A stretch of DNA of 64,000 nucleotides from Lama glama (lineage: Eukaryota): contig CM052818.1 of NCBI GenBank assembly GCA_028534125.1, positions 4,652,001 through 4,716,000 of the forward strand. The letters run 5' to 3'. The notes under the pieces are model-generated. The model was not told where the DNA came from. It saw nothing but the letters and a program-made list of their open reading frames with translations, and ran no database searches. Made by a program: the position numbers and the translations under genes. This document shows, piece by piece, positions 35,689 through 48,360 of this stretch; position 1 is the stretch's first letter, and each line of letters starts with the position of its first letter.

Positions 35689-36188
35689 NNNNNNNNNNNN
35701 NNNNNNNNNNNNNNNNNNNNNNNNNNNNNNNNNNNNNNNNNNNNNNNNNNNNNNNNNNNNNNNNNNNNNNNNNNNNNNNNNNNNNNNNNNNNNNNNNNNN
35801 NNNNNNNNNNNNNNNNNNNNNNNNNNNNNNNNNNNNNNNNNNNNNNNNNNNNNNNNNNNNNNNNNNNNNNNNNNNNNNNNNNNNNNNNNNNNNNNNNNNN
35901 NNNNNNNNNNNNNNNNNNNNNNNNNNNNNNNNNNNNNNNNNNNNNNNNNNNNNNNNNNNNNNNNNNNNNNNNNNNNNNNNNNNNNNNNNNNNNNNNNNNN
36001 NNNNNNNNNNNNNNNNNNNNNNNNNNNNNNNNNNNNNNNNNNNNNNNNNNNNNNNNNNNNNNNNNNNNNNNNNNNNNNNNNNNNNNNNNNNNNNNNNNNN
36101 NNNNNNNNNNNNNNNNNNNNNNNNNNNNNNNNNNNNNNNNNNNNNNNNNNNNNNNNNNNNNNNNNNNNNNNNNNNNNNNNNNNNNNNN
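35689..36188. other. Assembly gap (500 N)
   Basis: A run of exactly 500 N, probably a fixed-size scaffold gap. Confidence 0.99.
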
Positions 36189-37117
36189 AATTCTCCATCC
36201 TGGGTGTCCTTCAGACCAGAGTGGCCAGGACACTAGTCCTGACTCATCAAAGCCCCAGAGCAGAGACAAATAGAGTTGGTGTTTGTGGGGGAAATGTAGG
36301 CGTGTGCTGGGGCCTCTCACATGTGGAAGTGGTTCATGAAATGGGGCTTTTATAAGGTCCTTTGTACTTTATAAGTGTTAGAATTTTAAAACTTAATAAG
36401 GATGATGAGAACAACCTGTAAAATGGCATTTAAAGGCACAGAGAAGTTTTTTCTCAGATGCCATCATGTCTAGTTGTATTCAGAAGCCACAAGGTCCCAT
36501 TTACCTTCTTGTTTGTGGTTATTTTCAGTTTGCCCCAGGATCTGAAATAAAAATGCAGTGTTTAAAATTGTGAGTTTCTTTTAAAGGTCATTTACGTATT
36601 GTTCCAAAAATATTGAAAAGCAGAACGCTTAAAGTTCAAAGCGAACGTATGTTTTGCGAAGACCTGGCACTGCTTAATGGCCTAGGAAGAATTATATGAA
36701 TATCAGCTTTAATTATATCAGAGGTTTTGCTGAATTTGAGCTGAAAAGTCCCCGTATTCTGATTCCAGCACCGTAACTCTAGGAGTTCCTTTGTCTCATA
36801 GTCTGTTTTCTTCTCGTTAATATACCGGAGGCCTTGAGAGTTTAGTTTATTCTTCAGCTAACATTTACGGAACATTTGCTATTGGGAGGCAAGGTGCAGG
36901 ACACTGAGAATCCAAAAGCAATCGAGACATAGGCCCTGCCGTTCGTGACGCTTGCAGTGGGCGAGGAAAGGTGAGAGTGGGCACACAGGTAGTCTGACGT
37001 CCACCAGAGGCTCAGGGAGGTACTGGGGGCTGCAGAGGAGGAGAGAATCACTTCTGCGCGGTGGCTGGCAGTGGGGCGGAGGTTTGGGGAGGGAAGAGGA
37101 GGGATGGATATCCTAGG

Positions 37118-37302
37118 CAGAGGCCACCAACTTTTTCTATAAAGGGCCAGATAGTAAAGATTTTAGACTACGTGCACCAGATGGTCTCGTCTGCAACAAT
37201 TCAACTTTGTGGTTGTGATGTGGCTGTGTTCCAGTACAACTTTTACGTCCTGAAGCAGGTGGTGTGCCAGACTTAGCCTATTGGCTGTAGTTGTGGGCCT
37301 TG
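37118..37302 (+). mobile_element. MER58A-like hAT-Charlie MITE
   Basis: 'aactttttctataaagggccagatagtaaagattttag...gtggctgtgttccag...ggctgtagtt'. Confidence 0.85.
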
Positions 37303-37410
37303 AAGGGAGGGTAGGTACGGACAGGTTGAATGTGGGATTGAAATTGTGTGCGTTGGGGGCAGGGGGTTGGTGCATGGGTGATGAAGGTGGATATATGTTA
37401 AGAGTAATTA

Positions 37411-37659
37411 GGGTTACCGGGGAGGAAAGGAGGGTGTGGAGGGATAAATTAGGAGTTTGGGATTAGCAGATACTAACTACTATATATAAAATAAACAACA
37501 AGGTCCTATTGTATAGCATAAGGAACTATATTCAATACCTCATAATAACCTATGATAAAACATGGAAAGGAATATATATATATATATATAACTGAATCAC
37601 TATGCTGTGCACGAGAAATTAACACCGCACTGTAAATCAACTACACTTCAATCAAAAAA
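37411..37659 (+). mobile_element. 5'-truncated L1 3'UTR with TSD
   Basis: 'ggttaccggggaggaaagg...gggataaattaggagtttgggattagcagatac...acttcaatcaaaaaaa'. Perfect TSD aagagtaatta (37400-37410 / 37660-37670) at a TT/AAGA site. Confidence 0.92.
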
Positions 37660-37829
37660 AAGAGTAATTATGAAGGGCAGATGGCCAAGGTAGGACAGAG
37701 CAGAAGGTATTTTTACGGAGATAAAGTAAAGAAGAACCTGAAAATCAGTGTGGATCAGTTTTAAAGAAACCCAGATGCTAAGCTGAGTGATCTGAAGTTT
37801 AACTTGAGGGTAGTGGGAAAAAATGACTC

Positions 37830-38227
37830 TATTGGGGAGGTCAGTCTAGTCTATGTGGCAGCAAACAAAACAAAACAAAAATGATTCCCGGCGTCCTTTC
37901 ACATGGTGGCTTGCTTCTCACACACACACACAGCGTGACGTGCTTGAGGCTGTTCTCCCAGGTGACAGCCAGTCATCCTCCGTACGTTGACCTAATGACC
38001 CAGACACTTCCAACTTGTGGTTCTACCATTTTGACTTCCTGGGTCACCACAGCAGGGAAAATTGAGCTTAGAACATGTGCACTCACTTCTCAATGCCTTG
38101 GTCCAAAAGCGACCCCCTCCCTTTCACTCCCAGTCCAAGGGCCAGAACACGCTGCAGACTTCTGCGCAGCTGCGAGAAGGCTGAAGAAGAAAATAGAAGC
38201 AGGTGGGCATTCAAAGTCTCTACCACA
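37830..38227 (-). mobile_element. Old MLT1-type solo LTR
   Basis: 'gacccagacacttccaacttgtggttctaccat...ggccagaac...tctctaccaca' resembles the MLT1 copies at 1.8 kb and 23.4 kb. Confidence 0.55.
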
Positions 38228-38299
38228 TTGTCTGCAGGCAGAAAGAAGCCAACGATGGTCCGAGTGGCAGAGAAGTAACATGCTCATAGTGTTACCCTT

Positions 38300-38855
38300 G
38301 GAAAATTGAGCTAGAGGATGGTCTGGAGCAAAGAGAGGCAATGGAGACCAGTTAGGAAGTTACTGCACAAACTTACTTGAGTCGATAAAGAACTGAACTA
38401 AGGTGATGGTAAAGGAAATGGGAAGGAAACGGAAGGTGTGAGGGCCTTCAGGTCTGGTAGGGCATGAGCACAAAGAAGAGACTGAAGTGCAAGGTGATTC
38501 CTTGGATTGCAGGTCAGGAACATGGCCAGGGAAATCAGAGAGAATACATAATAGAAGACGACATGCAATCCGACTTCGGGGGCACATTGGTTTTGGAATA
38601 CTGGGTGGCCGTCTGCGCAGAAGCTTCCGGCAGGGTTGGAAATTGGGGCAGAGAGGCTTTGGTGCTATAAGGGTAGGTGAGATCACCAAGTGACAAGAAT
38701 AAAGAAGAGATGGGGCGGCTGGGAGGGGAAGGGGGATGAGGCAGGAAGGAAAGGAGTGAACAGAAGGACAGCAAGACAGGGATGTACAAAACCAAGGGGA
38801 GAAAGTTCCAAAAAGGAGCGTGTTCAATGCTGTTAAAATCTGCAGAAGGATGCAA
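38300..38855 (-). mobile_element. L2 LINE fragment
   Basis: Purine-rich tract: 'ggagaccagttaggaagttactgca...tgaactaaggtgatgg...gtgagatcacc...caatgctgttaaaatctgcaga'. Confidence 0.6.
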
Positions 38856-38862
38856 GGTGTGT

Positions 38863-39292
38863 TGTAGCGGACACTTCTAATGCACTGCCGGTGTCCCTTG
38901 GGGCCCCTTCAGTGTTTTCTGGGTGTCCCTTGTCCAGCCTTGATGTGCTTTTGGCTCCAACGGTGACTCTTCTCATGACGATCGCCTCCGGGCTACTGGA
39001 GTGACTTTGCTGGCAAGCTCGGAGAGGAGCAAGTGCCTGGAATTTACCTTCCCCTACCTCCTGTCCTGAGTCCTTAGCCCATGACTGTCAGCCCAGCTCC
39101 CTTAAGTCAGAACGACTCTGAGGAATAATTTATACTCTAGAGAGCGCCCCCGTGAGACATTGTTTGACTTCTTTCCCCACGTTGCCCTGCGTGCCCCACT
39201 CCCTTGCCTTTTTCCTCTGGGGGCACTGCCTTAGTAACTCACCTGTGAATCCTCACTGCAAGGTCTGCTTCTGGGGAACGGGACCTATGATC
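38863..39292 (+). mobile_element. ERVL solo LTR (LTR16-like)
   Basis: Starts 'tgtagcggacac' and ends 'aggtctgcttctggggaacgggacctatgatca', like LTR16 3' ends. Confidence 0.7.
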
Positions 39293-41471
39293 ATGTGGTC
39301 TTGGGAGAATGGTCCAGAGGGTGAAGCAACCACTAGTGACTGCATAGGAAGCTGGCTGGAGAATTCGACGGAGTAGTTGAATGGTGAAAAGTTCAAGAGA
39401 GGGAAAGGAGGATACAGTCAAAGAAGGCTGCTTGCTTGGATTTTAGACTAGATGAAATTGGAGCTTATGGGTGGTCAGGGGGGATGAAGTTAATGAGAGG
39501 GAGAGACAGGAAATACTAGAGTGAGTGAGACAGAGGGACATAGAGGTAGAAGTAACCTTGAAGGAGGTGGTCGAGGAAGTCTCCAGAGCATAGGTGGGGG
39601 ATGGACGTTACAAAGGAGGCAGCACTGTGTGTCTTTTGACACAGACATGGGAGCCGAAGCAAGACAACTCGAGTTGGAGAGTAACAAGATGAGCGGTGGG
39701 GATGCTAGGAGCCAGGCTGGGAAGGCTGTATGGAGGGCATAGTGGGACTCCTTCATTTTGCAGATGATACAAAAGTTTGGAGAGCTGAAATGCCTCAACT
39801 TGCCAGGAGCGGGACTGAGACCGGGAGCAGCTCTCCTCGTGGCCCCTTGGCTTTTGCCAGGTCACCTGCAGAGAGAAAGCCACAGGAGGCGGAGGACTCT
39901 GGATAGCGGAGGGGAGGCTGTGGACACCCTCCCCCCCAGTGAGTCCTGTGCCAGCAACAGAACAGGAAGAAAGCGGAGTCTTAGCCTCTCCCAGGACAAC
40001 AGGTGGTCCCGAGCGCCATGGGACACACTCAATGTGACGGCCTCAACAAAGTGAGCTGTGGCAGGGTAAAGCATCTTTCTGTCTCCACAAACATGGATTT
40101 CGGAGAGAAACACCCTGAGGAGGAGGAACTGGGTCCTGGTTCCCAGGAGAGTTTCCAAGCTGCTTTGAAAGTGGACGATTGTTCTAAAGCCCTTCGTATG
40201 GTCATAAGCATCACTGAAAGATGTTCATGAACAAAGAGGAGCCAGCAAGTTTCCTGACTCTGGAAGGGTTGGCGGTCAAGGCAGCAAAGGGGTGGGAGGG
40301 GTCTTACAACTTCTTTGTAAGGGTCTGGAATTTAACTTAAGTCATTAGCTATTGGGCGTTGAAAGGGGGGCCTTTATTTTTGCAAAAGGATTTATGGACT
40401 TTTATATGTTTATTTTTCCTCCACTATGAGGCATCCCAGGAAGAGAGAACACCAGGGTCAGGGACCCCCTCTGTCCAGCAATAAGCCACTTCACCCCAGG
40501 CTCCCTGGGACAGAGTGATGGGAGAAGGCCATGCTTTCACTGGCCTGGGCCAATAGGTGGCCTCAATCATCATCTAAGTCAACCCTCCTACCCTCATTTC
40601 CACCCCACGTCAACTTGGCCCCACCCCATCCACCCGTGCCCACTGTCACTCACTGACTCTCTTGCTCACCTTTTCCTGCCACTCACTGTGTGTCACGTCC
40701 TCTGCTTGGTTTGTGAGAATATGAAATAGGATGAACTACAATAGTTGCCCTCAAAGAGTTTACCCGGGGAGACTTTTTACAACCCCAGGAGTTATCAAAT
40801 TGCTTTAACCAAACCAACTCAAGGCAGTTTGGAGGGTTATCAGTGGATTGTTAGTTACCAGAAGTTTAAGGATTCAGAGGGAGAGACTGCTGGGCTGGAC
40901 TGGGTGTTCTGTGATGGTTTCTTAGTGGAAGCGGGAAGACAGCCAACCCTTGAAAGTTGGGCAGAATTTGGATGCAGAAGGTGAGAAGAGGCTGGGGGGG
41001 CAATCAACTTTATATGCACCATATGCATGTAAATGTGTGATGTGTGTTTAAGCAGATTCAGGGCATAAAGGAGACATTGATCTGTTTTTATTCCCAAGGC
41101 AAATGAACTTGTGTGGGCAGCCTGGGGACTCATTAAGTGCTTGGTGAATTGGAAGGCAGTTTCTGAGAGATTGGAATGCTGAGCCTGGCAACCCTGAAAG
41201 ATCACTCCATCAATATTGAGTGAGGGACTCTGAGTTGCAAGGATTCTACTAGGGAGACACAGGGTTAAAGAACACATTGTCCTTGCCCATGAGAACCATA
41301 CAGTCAGTGATGGGTGGGGGGTGCACACAAGCACGCTGCTCATGGTGCAAGGCTCTCAGAAGATCAATATAAATAAATAGTGCTCCAAGATTTCTACAGG
41401 ATTTTGAGTAGGTGGCAGTGGGGAGAGGACAGAGGAGTGTTGATTCACTGAGCATGACTTTAAAAAAAAAC

Positions 41472-41675
41472 TTATTTGTTTAAATTGAAGTATAGTTGAT
41501 TTACCACGTGTTAGCTTCAGGTGTACGGAAAAGTGATTCAGTTATACATATACACATGTGTTCCCTTGCATATTTTTCCATTATAGGTTATTACAAGAGC
41601 TGGCAAACCTGTGCTATGCACTAGGTCCTTGTTGTTTACCTATTTTATACACAGTAGTGTACACCTGTTAATCCC
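41472..41675 (-). mobile_element. 5'-truncated L1 3'UTR
   Basis: 'attgaagtatagttgattta...gtgattcagttatacata...ccattataggttattacaag...taggtccttgttgttta...tgttaatccca'. Confidence 0.88.
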
Positions 41676-43448
41676 ATATATATATCCACTTATATTTTTA
41701 AAAATCAAACTCTTGAAGCTTTTGGTTTGGGGGAAAAGTTTTAAAAGAAGCAGTGATAATAAAGATGTATGAAGAAAACACACGATTGCTCTCAGGAGAC
41801 TTTGTATTTGAACCTGAACGTCTTCATTCTTTCATTTTATAGCAACACTTCGCTTTTACCTAGCGTTGTGGGGTGGGGGCGGGGCAGTAGATAACCACAA
41901 AGAACTCCTACAATCACCCTCTAAACCCATGTTGAATCGTTAGTGTTCTCTCCTTTCTCACTATTTTGGTGGCAGAGCCAGAACTGCTAATGCGTCCTGA
42001 GTTTTGCGTCTGTCCTCGGCGTGTGGTCACTCAGTGATGGAGGGAGGGAGGCACCAGTGACAATGGTCTGGTAGGGGGCACACCTGCGGGGGACGGGGAA
42101 CGGCCAAGGAAGGGGAGGGATTGTGGTAAATTTGAACGAATGAAGCACCATTTCCAGAATTAACGAGTGTCCATCCATTGAGGGGAGGCCATGTCATTAA
42201 CCGATTGTTGGATCGTCCATCTTCCACTTTGGGGACCGTCCCTTCTTGGCCTCAGACTCAAGTCTTCCTTGACCACAATCTGGGTGTGGATAAAGCGCTT
42301 CTATGGTTGGAAAGAGAAATTTCACAGAGAACTGAGAGGTAACCCAGCCGGCCAGCAAAGAGTTGACGGTCCCGTACCTAATTGACAGTGGAGGGGTAAC
42401 CTCAGGTTACGTGCCTTTCGAATGAAGTTCTGTATTAGCTGTTTGCTTGGAAGGAGCAGATGTTTTGGCTCCGGTGGTCACAGCTCACCTCTGTCTGGGA
42501 GGTGCATCAATCACTTTAATTATAATGGAACGTGGGGCCAGGAACTGAAGGAGAAAAATCAACCCAGTCCCAAGAACAATCTTTCTTGATGAATTCTCCC
42601 CTAAATCGAAACAATTCGCTGGGTATCCCAGCTGGGGTTCATATGCTTTTGATTACTGTGGGCTATTTAGCTCTACAAAATGACAGGCTGCTTAATGGAC
42701 TTTTAATGGTTATAGGTTTCTCTCTCTTTTTTTAATGAGCTTCACCAGTTTGTTACTAATGCCCTGTAGAAATTTGGCGAGGGGCCAGACTTGATGCTAC
42801 ACATTCTGGTTTCCAGGCGGCATACAAGCAACCATCGTAGCCAGTGGGGAAGTACGGTGCCAATCGGAGGGTGATGCCGTTAGGGCAGGGAGAAGAGGAG
42901 AGCTAATTGAGTGCCCTGGGGTCCTAATCATTATGTCATCGTAGAGAAGGTGGTTGCACTTTGCAGTTGAAGTTACCCCAGAGGCTCCAAGGGCCTTGGG
43001 TCCCACGTGGCAGGAGGGTGTGCAGTGCTGGGAATGGCTTTGCCATTGTCTGAGCTCCAAATTGTTGGTAAAAGGTGCCCCTTGTAGACTCAGTTGCATC
43101 CTGTCCACCAAAGGCCCTGTGAACACCTCGAGGCCAAGGCCAGGTTTGTATCTGCCGTGCCGAGTGCCAGATTGGGCCCGCAGTAGGCGCTCAATTCATG
43201 TCTGCTGAAGGGGAGGTCACACACAGTTAGGAAGAGTGTGGGAAAAGAACTTTCCTTGAAGGGGCTCCCTCTCCGAGTCTCCAGAAAAAAGCATGGGATC
43301 TGGGGACAAGAGAAGAATGAGAGATGAGGATGAGAGAGACAGTGTCCCAAGTCACTAATAACCACACCAACTCTCGTTTCTTGTCGTACGAAACACTCTA
43401 TACACATCCCTGCCTATTGGTCCTTCCAGCACAATGTCGAGAGGTAGG

Positions 43449-43662
43449 CAGTGGTGTGTTGGTGAGTTGAGTGTTTCTCAGCTAGCTTTGGGAGGGCTGG
43501 GGGGATGGGGAAGATGCCCAGATTTGTAGCATTTGCTGATTTCTGTGGTAAACACTCCCACCAGGGCCCGTTTCCAACTACCCAGGTGATGTCAGCCAGC
43601 TGGAGGAATTCCAGAAAATTTAAAAATTGGCTTTTTTTGAGTGGGCATGAGCAGCCTGCCAG
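43449..43662 (-). mobile_element. MER63-like hAT MITE
   Basis: 'cagtggtgtgttgg...gatttgtagcatttgctgatttctgtggtaaacactcccacc'. Homologous to 2933-3137. Confidence 0.75.
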
Positions 43663-43785
43663 AGATGGGGATTGTCCCACTTTACAGATGCAAAGTATGG
43701 AGCGAAAAAAGCAAATAGCAGGTGAGGGCCACGGAGGCAGTAAGCGACAGAATCCAGGTCCAGAATGCCTCCAAACACTATGTTC

Positions 43786-44013
43786 CTTTTATTTTTTGAT
43801 TTTTAAATTTTTTATATGTATGTGTGTGTGTGTGTGTATATATATGTGTGTGTGTGTGTATATATATATACATATTAGTTTTCTTTGGTGGGGAGGTAAT
43901 TAAGTTTATTTTTATTAAATTATTATTTTCTTAATGGAAGTACTGGGGATTGAACCCAGGACCTCATGCATACTAGGCATGTGCTCTACCTCTTGAGCTA
44001 TAATCTCCCTCCT
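43786..44013 (-). mobile_element. Camelid tRNA-Ala-derived SINE (vic-1-like), long form, with a (TG)n/(TA)n tract in the tail
   Basis: 'ggggaggtaattaag...gtactggggattgaacccaggacctcatgcatactaggcatgtgctctacc'. TSD caaacactat(g/a)ttc at 43772-43785 / 44014-44027. Inserted in a MIR remnant. Confidence 0.9.
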
Positions 44014-44149
44014 CAAACACTATATTCTTAACCACTGACTGTGGCATTACTTTTCTGAACTTGCTTCCCACACTGTCCGAGCAGCCACAAAACTAAGGAG
44101 CAGGGATCTCAGTCCACACTTCCCGAAAGCCCGTTCTGGTTTCTTGAGG

Positions 44150-44225
44150 CTGCCCTTGTCAGTTATGTGTGACATTCGCCGTAGAACCTGCCCCTGGCAG
44201 TTACATGTGACATTCACCATAGAAC
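44150..44225. repeat. 38-bp tandem duplication (2 units)
   Basis: ctgcccttgtcagttatgtgtgacattcgccgtagaac / ctgcccctggcagttacatgtgacattcaccatagaac. Confidence 0.9.
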
Positions 44226-45584
44226 GTCTTTGGAGATATCCTGGCTCCTGGGCTGCCCCGCCTTGCCCTCTCTCCCTCTCTGGAGGTTTTACTTATTAAC
44301 TGATAGCAACACAGACCTCCATGCGATGGTGAGCTTTCTATGAGGGTACCACCTCTTTATTTAATAGATGAGCAAATTGGGGGCTTTAAGAGATCACATG
44401 ATCTGTCCAGATCCCCGCAGCCTGGGAATATAACGGAGAGCTGGTTCCTAATTCAGGGCACTTCCCTGGAAACTCGGGAGCCCTCCATCTCTTAAGAATA
44501 ACAAACGAGCCCTGTATTTAAAAAAAAAAAAAAAAAAAGTAGACGAGGGTGGATTTTCCTGCCTCCTGGCTGATGTCCTTACTCACTGCTGGCTCCCATT
44601 TTGAAAGATGCAACTTGACTTCCCTCGATTCGATTCGGGGGCAATGAGCCGAGAATTCAAGGACGGGCAGCGGGAGCATGGTCGTCATCGCGAAGTGAAC
44701 GCAGCAAACATGAAAGGCATTCTTTGGGAGCTTTTGTGGCCAGGGAGGAGGGGCAGGGAGAAGAGGTGGGGGCTGCTGGTCGAAATGCCCTCCTGTTTCC
44801 GAGTCCCGGGATGGTCCTAAATCACGCCCGGGTCATATGCTGCGTATCCTTGTCTCTTGGCCCAGGGTGAAAACAGTTCACATTGTAAAATTAACTTTCC
44901 ACATTTGGCTGGCCCGCACGGGGCCAGCCTTCTTTCAAAGTGAGTTTGCGAATGAATGGATGAATGTGTTGATTGGGTTACTGTTCTTAGGGGAGCCTTC
45001 TCTGCATCGGACTTGGAGAAGGATTAAAGCTGGTTTTGAAAAGTGTTGGTGCTCTCCCAAACACAGCATGCTGATAGAATTCTGGTTGCACTTTCATTTG
45101 CTATGGAACAAAATGCTCTAGTTTCACAGAAGAAATCGCCCAGCAGATGGTGTTTGGTGGATGGCATGAATGTAGCCTTGTAAATAAGCATGCAAAATAG
45201 ACCAGCTTCTCCCCAAATTCACCATCTGCCCCTTACCCCATGAGGTCCACAGGTGGTATGAGAAAGGAAATTGATGCTTTTCGTTATTGGTACTATTTTA
45301 GGATCCCCAAATTATGGAAATTCCCCAAATTATAGCATTCTTAAATTTGGTTATAAAAAATTGAGAGAATGATGCCTTTAACAGATTTTTCCAGGTTTAA
45401 TCTGGTTTAAGAATAAAATCTCGTCTAAATGCCATTGTCTTGTTTATCTTCTTTTTGGCGGTAGCTTCTAATGTGATCCTCTTTCTGTAACCCTCATCAC
45501 TGAGGGTCTCGGTCTACATCCTCCCTGACTCTGGACAAGACTCTCAGCTACACTGTTGCTTCCATCTCCAGGATAATCTAATGC

Positions 45585-45800
45585 GGATAGGGTCTAGAAT
45601 CATACAGACCTGGGGTTGAACTCTTTTTTTTGGCTGCAGAGCAATGGACAACTTGGTCAACCTCTCTAAATCAGATTTCTTAGCTGTAAAACAAAGAAGC
45701 TAGTGTGATTAATAAGACTACTGGAGATGGTTGTTTAGATTTAAAAAGCCGCCTACAGCCCTCAGGACAGCGTAGATAGTGTTCAAAATATGTTAATTGT
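45585..45800 (+). mobile_element. MIR SINE
   Basis: 'tctagaatccatacagacctggggttgaa...tggacaacttggtcaacctctctaaatcagatttcttagctgtaaaa'. Confidence 0.65.
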
Positions 45801-47919
45801 TACAGCTCGCACCATCACCAGATGCATCAATGTTATTATCCCACCATCATCTCCGGGACACATATAATGTATCTCCTATGTATATACCTCCTCTATACTA
45901 TAATACACAGCTATCTAAATTAAGGAGTAAAGGGGAATTCTAGATATTCATGGTTTATTTCGGGTGTCCTGTGAAGGGTGATGGAACTCATCAGGCTGAC
46001 TGCTCCCACTCTTTTTTTTTTTCTTTCCCCAAAAGGAGATTCCCATAGGCCGCCAGCCAAAACATGACTCAGAGAATGGAACGCTTTGTGAGATTTTGTT
46101 GGGTTGGGTTGACCATCACCGAGGCAGGGAAGATTTCAGTCAAGATTTTATCACATCGTAAATAGTGGATGATTCAGTGGGATGGACTGAGAATTGGGAA
46201 TAGGGATCTGAGGTTTTGTCGAATTAGTTTGCTCAGATCTGGGGTGAGGGGGGAGGATTTCCAGGTGGCTGCGCTGCGAAGACCCTCACTTTGGAAAGTT
46301 TTGTTGCAGTTTCAGTGATGACAAAGGGTTGAGGCGGAAGTAGGGGCCTGAGTGGGATGGAGCGTACCTTTGTAGCCCTTCTCACTTCTCACTGGGGTGG
46401 AGCTGTCTTTATTTTTAGTGATCGTGTTTACTTTGGGAGAATGGGGATTGGCTGGGGTGTAATTTATTGAGAGGAGGAAGGGCAAATGTTCTAAATGAGA
46501 CTTATTTATGGCTCTTTAACAAGGACGCAAAGAGATCTGACCTGTAATATCTCACCTGTCCAGCATTCACCTGGTTCTTTTCTCAGAAATGTTCAAGTGG
46601 CAGTTAGAATCATCGAGTTGTACCGAAAGAGGTATCACAGAGATTTTTCTAGTTCCGGTTGCCTTATGTTACAGATAAAGCAACGCCAACAAAATGAGGT
46701 CAGATTTTGATCACACTTCCCATCCCCTCTCCCTCGATCAAGTTCCAGAAACCAAAGATAGAGCAAGTGTCCTTGTATCCTTGGTAGAAAAGGTCAGGAT
46801 TGCCCCACTTTTCAGCCTTCTCTTACGCCAACAGTAGACATTGCTGAACTCACTGTATGCTGGCTAGTACATCATTATCTTCAAGAAGCATTAATTGAGT
46901 GTCTAGCTCAGTGTGCATAAATTCATGATAAATAAGACATGACTCTTGCCTTGAAAGACTAGAATCTTCAAGAAATAACCTTAGGTTCAGTGAAGTAAAG
47001 GAGTCTAACTATTCTGCTCGAGAAGCAAAACTGAGAGTCGCAGCCCCAGCCCAGGGGCCAGGGTGGGACTTGCTGCTGGCTTTCCGCCTCTTCACCGGGC
47101 CAACTTGAGTAAATCGCTTCTGAGCCGCTCTCCTTGCAATTTTCAAACACTGATAATAAGAGCTGTTCCTCCTACTTCTGAATTTTGAGGCGCACATGAG
47201 ATCGCGGATCTGCCTATAAACTGTGACGTGTCGTGGAAATTAAAGGGTCAATAGAAATGGAAGGGCTCCCACTCCTGGGGACTGTACCCACAGAGTCGAG
47301 AGTTGGAGTAATTAATCATTCTGCTTACTGTCACCATCATAGTCCTGATCGGCAACTTTATCATCCAGGAGTTTTCGTTAGACACCTCTGTGCATTTAGC
47401 ATTTGCATGCTCTCCAGGACCCTGCCACAATCAACACGTGCAGGTGATTGTGACTAACCAGGGTTTGCATCTTCTGGTTAGACGAGCAGTTGTTCCCGTC
47501 ACTTTCGGTATGTGCACATGGCGACTTACTTGGGCAGTGGTTTGTTTTTTCCTCTTTATCCACACCATGTTCCACATAGTGAGCAACGAGAATCTTAACC
47601 TCATGATGGGGCTTAAGTATTTTCTCTGTCAAGCCCACAGATGTAATTTTGTTGACTGCTATAGAGGTTGTCAGTGATATGGGACCAGAGACAACGTCCT
47701 TCATCTCAAGGAATTTTATGGAGGGCTGGCACAAGTTGCAAATAATTTTATGAAACTTAATTCCAGGATCCAACAGAAGGCAGATGTCACAAGAGCAAAC
47801 TACAGCCCAGAGGTTATGATGAGTATTGTTAATTTGGTTACCAAGGTTGAAATAAAACTCCCAAGCTGCACCTAAGTCCCCTTTGGAGATGTCTTTGCTT
47901 GCTTCTGAAGCAACCTGGG

Positions 47920-48360
47920 GATTGGGTAATTACTTACCTAATATTCATTTTGTTCTCTCCTATTCTATTGTAAATGGGTTTTATTTGAGTGACAATGCGC
48001 TCAGCCTCCCTTGCAGCTAGAAGTCAGTGGTAGATTAAGATGTTGTTGGATGGGACTTCCGAGAAAGCTCTTTGAGAAGGGAACAGTAGCTGATATGTCT
48101 CCCACCTTCCTTCTTCCCATTTTCCCCACTCCATGCCTGGGTATGCATGTGACCACTGGAGCCTCTCCAACAGCCAACTTAGATACTGGGTGTGGCACCC
48201 GTGAAGATGGAACCCATGTGCTAAAGGTGGTGGAACACATACACAGAAGGAGCCTTCCACCACAGCCCTGTCCTGCAATCCTAGACATTTTGTTCTGGAC
48301 TCCTTTCACATGAGAGGGAAGTGAATTTATTTAATCGCTTATTTCCAAACCCTGTAATAT
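47920..48360 (+). mobile_element. MaLR solo LTR (MLT1I/J-like)
   Basis: 'cagcctcccttgcagctag', 'gggacttccgagaaagct', 'atgtgctaaaggtggtggaaca...gaaggagcct' and 'tctggactcctttcacatgagag'. Confidence 0.7.

Noticed and set aside
35626..36320. Long ORFs of 190-214 aa
   Set aside because: Artefacts of reading through the 500-N gap.
34017..44225. CRISPR-like repeat-spacer arrays (duplications at 34017 and 44150)
   Set aside because: Only two abutting units each, no spacers, mammalian context, and no cas genes.
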